A DNA stretch of 64,000 nt from Sedimentisphaerales bacterium (GTDB lineage Bacteria; Planctomycetota; Phycisphaerae; Sedimentisphaerales; SM23-30): assembly GCA_963663965.2 (NCBI GenBank), contig CAXXFK010000007.1, forward strand, positions 32,001-96,000, in the 5' to 3' direction. Below are positions 10,906-21,649 of the stretch, in pieces. Positions within the stretch are counted from its first letter, which is position 1; every line of letters starts with the position of its first letter. Made by a program: the position numbers and the translations under genes. The notes under the pieces are model-generated. The model was given only the letters and a program-made list of their open reading frames with translations. It had not been told where the DNA came from and made no database searches.

Positions 10906-11511
10906 TTAATCGCATTGCTCCAATACCGCCCGGCACGGCGCACCTTCCAGGCCGGTCAGTTTCAGCGGCAAACACCATAACCGATAGCGGCCCTCAGTCA
11001 CCCGGCTCAAATTCAAACACTCCAATAGCGCCACTTCCGCACCCAGTAATATTGTGTGACAGGCCATGTCTTCACCCATTTCAACACTCAGCCGATCGAT
11101 CCCCACCAGGGTGGTTCCGATTTCCACCAAACGCCTGGCGGCCCCTGGTGTCATATCGCCAAACGCCCGGCTCGGCTTTTGGGGATCAACCGTTTTGAAC
11201 AGTATCCGTTTCGTGCCGGGAAGAACAAATTCGTCTATGATCGATTCGTTGATTTGATGGAATTTTACCGCGTTGATTACCAGGCATTCGCCATAAAACC
11301 GATCCAGGCCCATTTGATCGATGGTTTTTCCTCCAGCGACATAATGAGCCGGGGCATCCAGATGGGTTCCGGTATGCACCATCATCCGCAATTGGTTCAG
11401 GCAGTGATGGCTGCCCGCCTCAAACGATGCCAGGCATTCCGATTCGAAAGGCGGATCGCCTGGATATACCGGTGTATTAGAATTCACATCGACCGAGATA
11501 TCAATCAACAT
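10906..11511 (-). CDS. Cyclase-family metal-dependent hydrolase (kynurenine formamidase KynB-like)
   Basis: HTGTHLDAPAH motif, LVGIDRLSV, and PLKLTGLEGAPCRAV. Confidence 0.88.
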   Translation of the reverse strand: MLIDISVDVNSNTPVYPGDPPFESECLASFEAGSHHCLNQLRMMVHTGTHLDAPAHYVAGGKTIDQMGLDRFYGECLVINAVKFHQINESIIDEFVLPGTKRILFKTVDPQKPSRAFGDMTPGAARRLVEIGTTLVGIDRLSVEMGEDMACHTILLGAEVALLECLNLSRVTEGRYRLWCLPLKLTGLEGAPCRAVLEQCD

Positions 11512-11520
11512 AAAGGCCCC

Positions 11521-11754
11521 TTATTTTTTGAAATGATTTATTAGCCATACGATTAATGTCAGGATTGCAGATAACACCAGGCAACTTACAATCGGAAAAT
11601 AGAATTTAAAATGATCGCCTTCAATCCGGATGTCACCCGGGAGCTTAAACAATCCAAGCCTGCTCAATACCAGCACAACGATTCCCACCCCCACCAATAT
11701 CGATCCAAGGATAATGATCAGTTTGCCGATTTGTTCTGGTTCAAAATCGCTCAT
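11521..11754 (-). CDS. DUF2905-family small membrane protein
   Basis: Two TM segments with the KLPGDIRIE...FYFPIVSCLVLS signature. Confidence 0.85.
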   Translation of the reverse strand: MSDFEPEQIGKLIIILGSILVGVGIVVLVLSRLGLFKLPGDIRIEGDHFKFYFPIVSCLVLSAILTLIVWLINHFKK

Positions 11755-11894
11755 AAGTCCTTATTATAACACTTTGTTTTCGGTATCGCAATGCGCCTTA
11801 TTCCCAGCGGTTACAGCTGTCATAAATGCGCTTTTCATAGAGCGTTTTAACGTTATAATGACATAAAATTGTATGTTTTTCCCAGGAGTTCACA

Positions 11895-13184
11895 ATGAAA
11901 GATTATTTTCGGGCCCTAATGTTAGTGTCATGCTTATTGATTTTTCAATCGCTATGTTTCATTCAACGAACGATTGCCGCGGATACGCAACCGGTTGTCA
12001 GGCAAATTACTCAAGGGCCCGGATTTTACTGGTTTGGTTACTACGATAAATGGCAGTTTGATCCGACAGATCGTTTTGTATTAGCGATGCGGGCCGATTT
12101 CGAAGGCCGCAGTCCGCGCCCGGACGATACCATTGAAATTGGCATGGTCGATCTGGGCGACAATGACCGCTGGATCAATCTGGGCCGGTCTGGCGCCTGG
12201 AGTTGGCAGCAGGGCTGTATGCTCCAGTGGCGGCCCGGATCGATGTCTGAAGTGGTCTGGAATGATCGTGAGGGCGATCATTTTGTCTGCCGCGTTATGG
12301 ATGTATTGACGCGCGAAATCCGTACGATTCCCAATCCAATCTATGCACTGAGCCCAGATGGCAAAACCGCCGTTACGGCCGATTTTCGCCGTATTCAAGA
12401 TACCCGACCCGGTTATGGGTATGCCGGCCTGTCTGATCCATATAAGTCGGAATCCGCGCCCCAACAGTCCGGCATCTGGCGCGTTGATCTGGATACCGGG
12501 TCATCCCGGCTAATCGTATCGCTCGCCGATATTGCCGCCTTGCCCCATGAGTTTGGTGAGCCCGGTGAATTCGATAATGCCAAACACTGGTTCAATCACT
12601 TACTGTTTAATACCGATGGCACGCGTTTTGTCTTTTTACACCGCTGGAAACCTGCCGACGGCTCTAAATATCGCGGCGTTGGCGGCTTTGGCACTCGCAT
12701 GCTCACCGCCAATCCGGATGGATCCGATATTCGGATCGTCGATCCTTATGGAAAAACATCTCACTTCATCTGGCGTGATCCCAGCCATATTCTGGCCTGG
12801 GCCTGGCACCCATCGCACCAAAACGCGTTTTACCTTTATGAAGATGGATCGGAGGATGTCCAGATTGTTGGTCAGGGTATTATGACCCTCAATGGCCATT
12901 GTACTTATCTGCCCAATACGGATAATCAATGGATTCTCAATGACACCTACCCCGACTCCAATCGTAATCAGAATGTGTATCTTTATCATATCTCCACCAA
13001 TGAACGGATCTGGCTGGGCCATTTCAACTCGCCAAAATCATACCAGGGCGAATGGCGTTGTGATACCCATCCCCGCTACAGCCATTCCGGTCGCCGGGTG
13101 TGTATTGACTCTACGCATACAAATGCCGGCCGGCAACTTTTTTTGATTGATATGGATCACATTTTCAAGGCTAAAAACCAATAG
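11895..13184 (+). CDS. Secreted TolB/oligogalacturonate-lyase-like beta-propeller protein
   Basis: AGGAG RBS, signal peptide, and FGYYD, WQQG, NHLLFN, GHCTY and RCDTHPR motifs. Confidence 0.7.
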   Translation: MKDYFRALMLVSCLLIFQSLCFIQRTIAADTQPVVRQITQGPGFYWFGYYDKWQFDPTDRFVLAMRADFEGRSPRPDDTIEIGMVDLGDNDRWINLGRSGAWSWQQGCMLQWRPGSMSEVVWNDREGDHFVCRVMDVLTREIRTIPNPIYALSPDGKTAVTADFRRIQDTRPGYGYAGLSDPYKSESAPQQSGIWRVDLDTGSSRLIVSLADIAALPHEFGEPGEFDNAKHWFNHLLFNTDGTRFVFLHRWKPADGSKYRGVGGFGTRMLTANPDGSDIRIVDPYGKTSHFIWRDPSHILAWAWHPSHQNAFYLYEDGSEDVQIVGQGIMTLNGHCTYLPNTDNQWILNDTYPDSNRNQNVYLYHISTNERIWLGHFNSPKSYQGEWRCDTHPRYSHSGRRVCIDSTHTNAGRQLFLIDMDHIFKAKNQ

Positions 13185-13568
13185 AGGTATTCGTTTAGCA
13201 CCCATTCGACGCTTAAAAATATTTTTGTTAAAATAAATAACCCACCCGCTTAAAAGTCGTGAAAAACCAGCCATGGTTTCTTCATACCCCCTCTTGTTGT
13301 TTTCAGAGATTATGCTCCTGATGCGCTTCATGGTATCAATATTTAGCATTTTAGTCTGGCACATCTGGTCGTCTGCCACAAGAGCTTAGTACATAAGCTG
13401 TTAATTAACATGGGATTAAGAAAATTGCGGTGTCGCGGCTGAAGACGTGTGTTGAGTTCATTGACAATCTTTGTCTGAATGGCAATTTTCTATGGAAAAT
13501 TTTTCGTGCCTTTGTGTAAAATGAAATACATAGATAAATGTCATATAATCAAAAGATGAGGAAAAAAA

Positions 13569-16500
13569 ATGAAGTATCTGGGAATCCGTAAGTCAGGTAG
13601 TGTTTCAACATTATTACTATTGGGTACGTTATTGTCTGCTGCGGTTCAAGGCGCCTCCTGGCCTATGAAGCAGCGCGACATGTGTCATACCGGTCGGGCT
13701 GATTTTGTTGTACCGGATACCCGGCTTAATGGCACCTTCTTTAATTATCCAGCCTGGCAAACTCCGTCGCCAGGATCGCCCGGTGAAGGTAGCCTCGGCG
13801 CCGCGTCCATGTCGTATTTTGACGGCGCCGGTCCGGAGGGGGCTGATATCGTGATTGGCGCCTACCACTGGCCCAAGGGTGTACAGGGAATGGATCGCCA
13901 CACGGGAGCGGTTTTCTGGTATGGCAATCCTGACGGTGGAGAAAGTATCGCCGAACGAACTCCGGCGTTTTCTCCTGATGGCCAGACCATCTATGTCGTT
14001 AATGACGCCACATCAGGGCCTTTAATGGCGTTTGAAACAACGACGGGCCCATGGCCTTATCGCAGCAATAGCGGCGATAGTTTTCCTGATCATTTTGAAA
14101 AGGGTTCTCCGACCATAGGGCCGGATGGTTCCATATTTAATTTTGCCTGGGATGATCGACCCTATGGGGCATTAGATGAAGATGGTTATCTCTATGAATT
14201 TTTTGCGGCCCAGACCGGCGTTAATTCCTGTTATAACGAGCCGTCTCTCTATCAATATGATAATGAAACGCTTCTGGTTTATGGCACGGGGCGAGGCCAT
14301 TATATCCGATGCTGGGATGCTATGGGGGGCTATCAGTGGTACGAATGTTATACCGCGGTCGAGACTGATGCAACCATAACCATCGATCCTGCCAATGGGA
14401 ACCTGTATGTCGCTGCCGGCTCTAATGATATTTATGTTATTGGCCTTGATAAAGATCTTAATCCGCTCTGGAGCGAAAGTAAAATTCTGGTTTTCGATTA
14501 TGTGGCGGGCGAGAATCAGCCGCAACGCGCCCAGTCGGCCGGCTGTCTCAGTCACGATGGCGCCACTTATTATTTTCAGACGGTCGGCTCAATGGGGACC
14601 GGTTGCCTTTATGCGATCAATACGGCTGATGGCACAACCAAATGGGCGTTTCCTACCCAAAGCAAGGGTTGGGAAAATCACAGTTCATGCCCTATTATAA
14701 CTTCGAATAATGTCATTGTTGTTGGCAATAATGATTCCAGTACCTATTATGCCATCCTTGACAACGGTCAGGATGATTATACCGTACTGGACACCCTGCA
14801 AATGGCCGAAGGCGGCAACGCGCGTTCCAGCGCCACGATATCTCCTGATGGATTATTGTACCTGCCCGGAAGAACGACCTGGCTGGTTGGCAACGGCGGT
14901 GGTAAAATCCCTGACTATACCGTACAGAACTTATTTAACGCCTTTAATCTAACGGAAAATACGGAACTGACTCTCTACCCTCCCGGTGGCCAACATGTCG
15001 AAGCCGGGAACCAGAAGGTTGCGGTCAACTGGACGCCGATTCCGGATCCGGGAGAAGTATTCGGCCATTACGCGATCTATCGCGACACGGAAGCATTTAC
15101 TTCTGTTGCCGGCAAAAATCCGGTGGCGATCATTCCGAATGTGAATGCGGGTCAGTGTATCGATGGAACCGCGGTTAATGGTATTTCTTATTATTACGCC
15201 GTAACGGTGGTTTCTGGCGGTGGCGCCGAGATTACCACGATTGATTCAGTGGGGCCGGCGACCCCGTTTTATGAGTTGGATATGCAATTTGTAACGATCA
15301 GTCGCTTTCCGAAGTTCCCCCGCTATTGTCCCACTTATACCGACCGGTTCATTTCCGACCCCAATGGATTTGGCCCCTATGGTTTTTCTTCAGCCACGGG
15401 ACTTGATTGTGGTCAGAATGATGAAACGCAACACACCCCCTCACCCGGCCAGACCATGACTTACACGGCCACTTTTCGCAACCGCGGCTCTGTTGTGGTA
15501 GACCAGGCATTTGATCTGGTCTGGAGCGTGGATGGTCAGGAAGCGCGTCGACAGACGATCAATCGGGCCATCCAGCCCGGCCAGACGATAACAGACAATT
15601 TCCAACTGGCCTGGGATGACAATTTCCATGATATTTCTGCTGCCATTGAACTGGAAGATGATCGTACTGAAAACAATCAATTTACTTCCAATACCCTGGC
15701 GGTGGGTTTTCTAACTTATATTGACCGTTCTTTTTATAATCAATTTCGCGAGTTGTGGTCTTTACAATATCCGGACAGACAGACCGATGACCTCATTGAC
15801 TGGTTAAATAATCATATGCGCCGCTTTAATGAAATGTTTGAGACGGCAGGTTGTGACAAGCGCGTCCATTATGATGTCCTTGAATTCCTGGGCGATACGG
15901 ATTTGGATCCTGCGGTTGACACCATTTACTGGGCCATCTTTCCATTTCGATATCATAAACTCGACAACGATCCGCGCACCAGCGGTTATTACCGTTTTGC
16001 GGACGATATCGATTACGGGCTGCTGCATGAAATGGGGCATCAACTGGGTATGATAGATCTCTATCAACTGGATGCCCCCTCAGAATGGAACGAAGTCAGC
16101 GGCATGGGGTATAACGGTCCCGACGGGCTGATGCGTGGTTGCAGTGATTTTATTTCTGAGCATTCCGCGCATGCCATGAATTTGTGGCTGCATCAAGCCC
16201 ATGGTTATTATGGTCAATATCTCTACCGGTTACCGAGAGTGATCCAGTTGCGCATTCTGGATTATCAAGGCAAACCCCTTCCTGATGCCACGGTTCGGAT
16301 GTATCAATATTGCGAACGCCCCGATATCGGCAAGCGGATAACCAATCAAATCAAGGCCCAGGGCATAACCGATTCCGAAGGTCTTTTTATGTTGCCCAAT
16401 GTTGCCATCGACCCGACCAAAGTGCCACCGATTGGCACCGGCGATGTCCTAAACGATAATCCCTTCGGATACGTAGCCGTTGTCGGCACGAATGGCGTTC

Positions 16501-17360
16501 TGCATTTTGCGGTAGAATACAATGGCCGCATCGATTATTGCTGGCTGGATATAACTGAAGCCAACAACGCGTATTTCAATGGCCAGGTTGACCTGGCCGT
16601 ATTTGACCGGCAATTAACACTTGGCGGTTCCTTGATTAAGCATATGCCCCGCCAGCTGGCAGAGTGGAATGCTGAAGACTGGGATGCCTGGGCGGAAGGC
16701 TCGACGCCGGAAAACACCTGGATCGAAAATGATTTTTCCCGCAAGGTTTTTGGCTTTTCATCGCTGAAATTTACCACCGATGGCGCGTTCGATACGTATA
16801 TTCGTTATCCCAAATCTTACACGGCTTCCTGGGATTTGTCCGGCGATATTGGCATGTCGGTTTATTTCTACGCGGAAAACGAAAACGGTTTTCAAAATGG
16901 CAGTCCCTGGATTCGACTACGGGATGCCAATGGCAATTTCGCTCAATATCAATATTATCGCGACGGCAGTCTATATGAAATCCTGAATGATGTGCGCGGC
17001 CGCTGGCAATCCACCTATTTTTCCATGAACAGTCCCTCGGACACGCAAAACGGCTGGCGCCGAACCGATTTTGGCCAGCCCGATATGTCCGCGATACAGT
17101 CCATAGAGATTCATGTGGATACCTGGGGCGACAGTTTCAAGCTTTGGGTGGATGGGCTTCAATTTTATCTGCCCGACCAGGCCTTTTTTGACCTGAGCGA
17201 TGACGGCCTGGTCGACATTAACGATCTGATGATTTTCTCTCAATACTGGCTGGAAGAAAACGTCTCGTGGCCCGATTGTCGGGGAGCGGATCAAAACCAG
17301 GACCATAGAATTGATTTTCATGACATGTTGTTTACCCAGCAGTTGTGGCTGACAGAATAA
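13569..17360 (+). CDS. Large secreted multidomain protein: PQQ-like propeller, FN3, CARDB/Ig, HEXXH metallopeptidase, CBM-like domain, dockerin-like tail
   Basis: WPMKQRD..HTGR propeller start, FN3-like YYYAVT, CARDB-like YTATFRNRG, LLHEMGHQLGMIDLY, and C-terminal DLSDDGLVDINDL / DQNQDHRIDFHD. Confidence 0.75.
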   Translation: MKYLGIRKSGSVSTLLLLGTLLSAAVQGASWPMKQRDMCHTGRADFVVPDTRLNGTFFNYPAWQTPSPGSPGEGSLGAASMSYFDGAGPEGADIVIGAYHWPKGVQGMDRHTGAVFWYGNPDGGESIAERTPAFSPDGQTIYVVNDATSGPLMAFETTTGPWPYRSNSGDSFPDHFEKGSPTIGPDGSIFNFAWDDRPYGALDEDGYLYEFFAAQTGVNSCYNEPSLYQYDNETLLVYGTGRGHYIRCWDAMGGYQWYECYTAVETDATITIDPANGNLYVAAGSNDIYVIGLDKDLNPLWSESKILVFDYVAGENQPQRAQSAGCLSHDGATYYFQTVGSMGTGCLYAINTADGTTKWAFPTQSKGWENHSSCPIITSNNVIVVGNNDSSTYYAILDNGQDDYTVLDTLQMAEGGNARSSATISPDGLLYLPGRTTWLVGNGGGKIPDYTVQNLFNAFNLTENTELTLYPPGGQHVEAGNQKVAVNWTPIPDPGEVFGHYAIYRDTEAFTSVAGKNPVAIIPNVNAGQCIDGTAVNGISYYYAVTVVSGGGAEITTIDSVGPATPFYELDMQFVTISRFPKFPRYCPTYTDRFISDPNGFGPYGFSSATGLDCGQNDETQHTPSPGQTMTYTATFRNRGSVVVDQAFDLVWSVDGQEARRQTINRAIQPGQTITDNFQLAWDDNFHDISAAIELEDDRTENNQFTSNTLAVGFLTYIDRSFYNQFRELWSLQYPDRQTDDLIDWLNNHMRRFNEMFETAGCDKRVHYDVLEFLGDTDLDPAVDTIYWAIFPFRYHKLDNDPRTSGYYRFADDIDYGLLHEMGHQLGMIDLYQLDAPSEWNEVSGMGYNGPDGLMRGCSDFISEHSAHAMNLWLHQAHGYYGQYLYRLPRVIQLRILDYQGKPLPDATVRMYQYCERPDIGKRITNQIKAQGITDSEGLFMLPNVAIDPTKVPPIGTGDVLNDNPFGYVAVVGTNGVLHFAVEYNGRIDYCWLDITEANNAYFNGQVDLAVFDRQLTLGGSLIKHMPRQLAEWNAEDWDAWAEGSTPENTWIENDFSRKVFGFSSLKFTTDGAFDTYIRYPKSYTASWDLSGDIGMSVYFYAENENGFQNGSPWIRLRDANGNFAQYQYYRDGSLYEILNDVRGRWQSTYFSMNSPSDTQNGWRRTDFGQPDMSAIQSIEIHVDTWGDSFKLWVDGLQFYLPDQAFFDLSDDGLVDINDLMIFSQYWLEENVSWPDCRGADQNQDHRIDFHDMLFTQQLWLTE

Positions 17361-17405
17361 GTTGGCGCGGGTAAAACTATTGGTGTGAGACCATCAAAAA
17401 GCAGT

Positions 17406-17444
17406 AAAAACCTCAAGGCGATGTTTTTCGTCGAGAGGTTTTTT
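17406..17444 (+). terminator. Probable Rho-independent terminator
   Basis: AAAAACCTC...GCGA-loop-TCGT...GAGGTTTTTT. Confidence 0.55.
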
Positions 17445-17459
17445 ATTTTTCCACAATTT

Positions 17460-17488
17460 GTGACTCACCGGTAACATAATTGTAACAT
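17460..17488 (+). promoter_or_regulatory. 11-bp-periodic direct repeats (GTGACTC, GTAACAT, GTAACAT); probable OmpR-family autoregulatory box
   Basis: Half-sites at 17460, 17471 and 17482, upstream of an operon that encodes an OmpR-family regulator. Confidence 0.65.
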
Positions 17489-17562
17489 TTGATGGGTTAA
17501 ATGATAGGTAATAATGGATTATTGTGTTATAGTAACTGGTTAGTCTTTTTAAGGAGCAAACA

Positions 17563-19590
17563 ATGTTAAGTAAACGAAGCAGAACATGGGTATTGGGATT
17601 GATTATTTTGTTGATGGCAGGATGCCTGGTATGGAGCGCTGATAGCGGCAGTAAGCTGCAGGATGCCTTGTATCAGGAAGAAATTGAGGGCAATCTGGAT
17701 GCCGCAATTAAGCTTTACAATGAGGTTGCCGGTGATACCACTGCGCGCCCTAATATCGCCGCGCAGGCCCTGTATCGTCTGGGCCTGTGCTATATGAAAC
17801 AGCAGGATGAAATGCATGCCCGCCAAACCATGCAGACGTTGGTTGACCGTTATCCCGACCAAACGGCTATGGTCGAAAAGGCGCAGGCGGTTCTTAATGA
17901 ATTGATTTCCCCGGATCCGGCGGCGCTGATGCCGGAAGATACGATTGCCTATTGTGAAATTGGTAATCCGGGCAAGCAGGTTGAAACGATCGTTAATATG
18001 CTCAAGGGGACTCCGCTGGAAAACCCCCTGGCTTTAATTAATGGCGGCCAGCCGCAATCCGGTCAATCGGATCCCGCGGTAGCCTTGTTCAATCCCAGCA
18101 TGTTGAATGAATTTAAAAAAATCCGCGGGTATGCCGCGGGCTTTATGGGAATGACTCGCGATGGCAATGGGAATGTTGTGCCCAATTTCGCGGTTGTTGT
18201 CTTTCCGGGGAAAAGCGATGCCTTGCGCGGGCTGCTGGCGGCGTTTGCCGGAATGAACGGCCAGCCCGACGTCACGATAGAGGGCATGTCGTCAATCCGC
18301 ATTCAGGGAAATATTGGGTTTACCTACGACAATGATGTTATGATACTGGCCCAGCCCTTTGAGCGGCTCGAGTCGATGGTCAAATTATATAAAGGCACTT
18401 CCAAAAAAGCCTCGCTCCTGGAATCCGATCCTTCATTTGTTGCTTTAAGCCGCAAGCAAAGAGAGGACAATCTTTTGTCGTTATGGGTGAGCAAGCAAGG
18501 CATCAATGAAGCGATTAATCTGGCAGCGTCACAAGGTGGTTCGAATATTGATCCCTATTCATTAAAGATGATAAATTATATCAAGATGCTGGCAGACACC
18601 GACCATGCGGACAGCCTGGTCGCCCAGTTGTTTATTTCGGAGAACCTGATTAATGCCAACATTGACTTAACTTTTAGTAAAGATCATCAGAGCCTGCTTT
18701 ATGGTTTGATTAATACTCCCAATATTTCCGATCGTGCCTTGTTAAATGTGCCGGAGAATGCCATTGCGATCATGGCATTAGGGTTAAATCAGGCCGATAC
18801 TACTTCGTCGGCCGCCGCCCGGCAGGCGGTTAAACGGGTTACCGGTCTTGATATCGGCCGGGAACTATTCGACAACATTAATCAGGTTTCCTTGTTTGTT
18901 GTGCCGCCTACGCCGGCATCGAATCAGTTGTCTATTGTTCGGGTGACCAGCCCCATCTTGCCTTGCCTGGGATTGTCGTTTAGTAGTGACAACCCACAGA
19001 AGACCTATCAATTGTTTAAAACGTTGATGGAGGTCGCGGAACAGACAATGAAAGCGCAAATGGAAATAAAGAATGCGGACTGGAACCCGAACGACGAAAA
19101 ATATTTATGCAGCGAGTTAGGAAACGATGGGTTGGCTTACTGGTACCTGACTCAAGCAGGTAACAGTACGATCCTGACGATGAATCCGGAAATAATCAAT
19201 GCTGCCAAAACCACCGCGAGCACTGGAAAAAATGTTTGTAACGCCAGCGTGTTGAAAGATGAAATTAAAAGCCTGCCCCCTTCGGTCAGCAAGCTGGTTC
19301 TGATCAACGGAAGCGGCGCCATGGGGGTGGCGGCAGCTCATTTAGCCCATCAAGGCGGCAACCAGGGCCCGGTCCTGGGTCTGCTAAAGTCGCTGGCGCA
19401 GCTTTGTCCGGAATTGGCCGTGCGACTCTGCACGATTGAAGAAGATAATCGGTTTGGTCTTAATCTGAAAATTAATCATATTCCCGCGGTCAGCGAGGCG
19501 TTTCCGGTTATTATGCAGCACTTAAATGGCGGTGGCGGACCGGCGACCGGTACAAATTCCGCTGAAGCGGGCGCTGAACCACAGCAATAA
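17563..19590 (+). CDS. Periplasmic TPR-domain protein with a DUF3352-like body
   Basis: AAGGAG RBS, signal peptide, TPR-like EEIEGNLDAAIKLY...AAQALYRLGLCY...LVDRYPDQ, then PAALMPEDTIAY. Confidence 0.7.
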   Translation: MLSKRSRTWVLGLIILLMAGCLVWSADSGSKLQDALYQEEIEGNLDAAIKLYNEVAGDTTARPNIAAQALYRLGLCYMKQQDEMHARQTMQTLVDRYPDQTAMVEKAQAVLNELISPDPAALMPEDTIAYCEIGNPGKQVETIVNMLKGTPLENPLALINGGQPQSGQSDPAVALFNPSMLNEFKKIRGYAAGFMGMTRDGNGNVVPNFAVVVFPGKSDALRGLLAAFAGMNGQPDVTIEGMSSIRIQGNIGFTYDNDVMILAQPFERLESMVKLYKGTSKKASLLESDPSFVALSRKQREDNLLSLWVSKQGINEAINLAASQGGSNIDPYSLKMINYIKMLADTDHADSLVAQLFISENLINANIDLTFSKDHQSLLYGLINTPNISDRALLNVPENAIAIMALGLNQADTTSSAAARQAVKRVTGLDIGRELFDNINQVSLFVVPPTPASNQLSIVRVTSPILPCLGLSFSSDNPQKTYQLFKTLMEVAEQTMKAQMEIKNADWNPNDEKYLCSELGNDGLAYWYLTQAGNSTILTMNPEIINAAKTTASTGKNVCNASVLKDEIKSLPPSVSKLVLINGSGAMGVAAAHLAHQGGNQGPVLGLLKSLAQLCPELAVRLCTIEEDNRFGLNLKINHIPAVSEAFPVIMQHLNGGGGPATGTNSAEAGAEPQQ

Positions 19591-19603
19591 TTTATCGCAG
19601 ATA

Positions 19604-21622
19604 ATGTCTAGAATATTTAAAACCGAAAATAAACAATTACGGCTGCTGGCAATCGTGCTGGCAGCCGCAATTATTTTACCCAGTTCTTGCCTGCTCTGGT
19701 TCATGACGCGAACCATCCAAAATGAACGATTCGGCGTCATCGAGAGGGTGCGCAGACTATCCCAGAACCAAATCGATCTGATCGATAATGCGATTAAAAC
19801 AGCGTGGATGCCGTTAGCGGCCGTGGTGGGTCATATTAGCGACAGCGATTCGAGGCGATGTTATGCACGGCTTTTGAATCATCCAGCGATACAATGTGAT
19901 GGAGCCCTTGTTTTTAGTCTGTCAGGCCAATTATTATACCCGGTTGTTTCTGATACTGTTATTGCACAAGATGATTCTCCCGGCGTTCTCAAGAATATCT
20001 GGAGTATCGAGTTTGTTAACCGGGACATAGAAAAAGCCGGAACGCTTTATCAACAGCTGGCGCGGCAGACAATCGATCCACTGGTTCGACAGAAGGCATT
20101 AGCGGCTCAGGCGCGCTGCCTGATGAAACGACAGCTTGAGCCGGAAGCAATGGCTATTTACCGACAATTAGGCTGGCCGGTCTCTCAAAAAGAACCGATG
20201 GATTTTTCGATTGTCTGTCAGGCAAGACTTATGGTATTAAAAGCTGTTTGCAGTAATGAAAACGAACCTAGAGTTGTTGCCGCCCAACAAATCATGGCGA
20301 ACAAAAATATTGATGGCTCGGATCATTGGCTGGTTTTGCCGCTGGACCGGCAGGTGTTTTATCTGGAGAAAGCCATTGAAATCATCCGGCAGGCCGGCAT
20401 GGGTGACATTCTGGCGAATGACCTGAACGCGGCGGAACGTGATGCCGCGGCAGGGAAATTGGCCCTGATGCTGGCTTATGAAACAGATATCATCCAATCG
20501 GCGCCGAATCTTGCCCACGGTCAGTTAACCCGGCTGTCTTCTAAAGAGGCGGTTTACGGAATTCCCGTTCGGAATCAGGCTCTATTAATAGTTTTGTTAT
20601 ACTCAGAGGACTCTCTGTTAAATCTAATTAAGCCGGCGGTTGCCGATTTGTTGCGGGATGATGTGGCGACTTGTGAAATATATAGTCCGGATCAGATCTT
20701 GCTTGAAAAGCAGGATCGTGTTTTGATAGAGCCTCTGCTGATTAAACAATTGGCGATCCCTTTTGCCGGCTGGGAGGTGAGATTATATTTGAACGATGAT
20801 AACTATTATAAACAGCGCGTTCAGCAACAATCCCTGTTTTATCTCTGGACCGGCTTACTGGTTATTGCCGCGATTGTTATTATTGGTATTCTAACCATGC
20901 GCATGGTTGGCCGGCAAATGCGTTTGAGTCAATTGAAAAACGATTTCATTGCGACGGTAACACATGAATTAAAAACCCCGCTGGCCTCAACACGCCTTCT
21001 GGTTGACACGCTGTTGGAGGGTCGGTATCGAGACCAGAATAAGGTTAATGAATATTTGCGCCTGATATCAAATGAAAATCAACGGTTGACGCGCCTGATA
21101 GAAAACTTTCTCACCTTCTCTCGAATGGAGCGCAATAAACAGGCGTTTGAATTTCTTCCTGATCATCCGGAATCCATCGTTGGCGATGCCGTGGCTGCCA
21201 TTCAAACCAAATATCATCACAATGAATGTCGTTTTAAGCAGGAAATCTCTGGGGAACTGTGTGAAGTTCTGGTTGATCATGACGCGATGGTAACGGTATT
21301 AATCAATCTGCTTGATAATGCCTGTAAATACACAACGAAAGAAGATAAGCGAATCCAACTGAAAGTATATCTCGAAGATCAATGGACTTGTTTTGCCGTT
21401 TCAGATAATGGCTGCGGTTTTTCGCGCAAGGTGGCCAGGCGATTATTTGATAAGTTTTTTCAGGCCGACAGGTCATTGACACGTCAGACGGAAGGATGTG
21501 GCCTGGGACTTAGTATTGTAAAATTTATCGTTGACGCGCATCATGGACAGATTAAAGTAACCAGTCAGCCGGGTATTGGCTCGACGTTTATCGTTAAAAT
21601 TCCAACTTATGCTAAAACATAA
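19604..21622 (+). CDS. Membrane sensor histidine kinase with a periplasmic TPR-like region
   Basis: Two TM segments, H-box VTHELKTPL, N-box NLLDNACKY, DNGCG and GCGLGLSIV. Start placed at ATG 19604. Confidence 0.92.
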   Translation: MSRIFKTENKQLRLLAIVLAAAIILPSSCLLWFMTRTIQNERFGVIERVRRLSQNQIDLIDNAIKTAWMPLAAVVGHISDSDSRRCYARLLNHPAIQCDGALVFSLSGQLLYPVVSDTVIAQDDSPGVLKNIWSIEFVNRDIEKAGTLYQQLARQTIDPLVRQKALAAQARCLMKRQLEPEAMAIYRQLGWPVSQKEPMDFSIVCQARLMVLKAVCSNENEPRVVAAQQIMANKNIDGSDHWLVLPLDRQVFYLEKAIEIIRQAGMGDILANDLNAAERDAAAGKLALMLAYETDIIQSAPNLAHGQLTRLSSKEAVYGIPVRNQALLIVLLYSEDSLLNLIKPAVADLLRDDVATCEIYSPDQILLEKQDRVLIEPLLIKQLAIPFAGWEVRLYLNDDNYYKQRVQQQSLFYLWTGLLVIAAIVIIGILTMRMVGRQMRLSQLKNDFIATVTHELKTPLASTRLLVDTLLEGRYRDQNKVNEYLRLISNENQRLTRLIENFLTFSRMERNKQAFEFLPDHPESIVGDAVAAIQTKYHHNECRFKQEISGELCEVLVDHDAMVTVLINLLDNACKYTTKEDKRIQLKVYLEDQWTCFAVSDNGCGFSRKVARRLFDKFFQADRSLTRQTEGCGLGLSIVKFIVDAHHGQIKVTSQPGIGSTFIVKIPTYAKT

Positions 21623-21649
21623 ACAAGAATTCAACCGGCAACCAATCTT

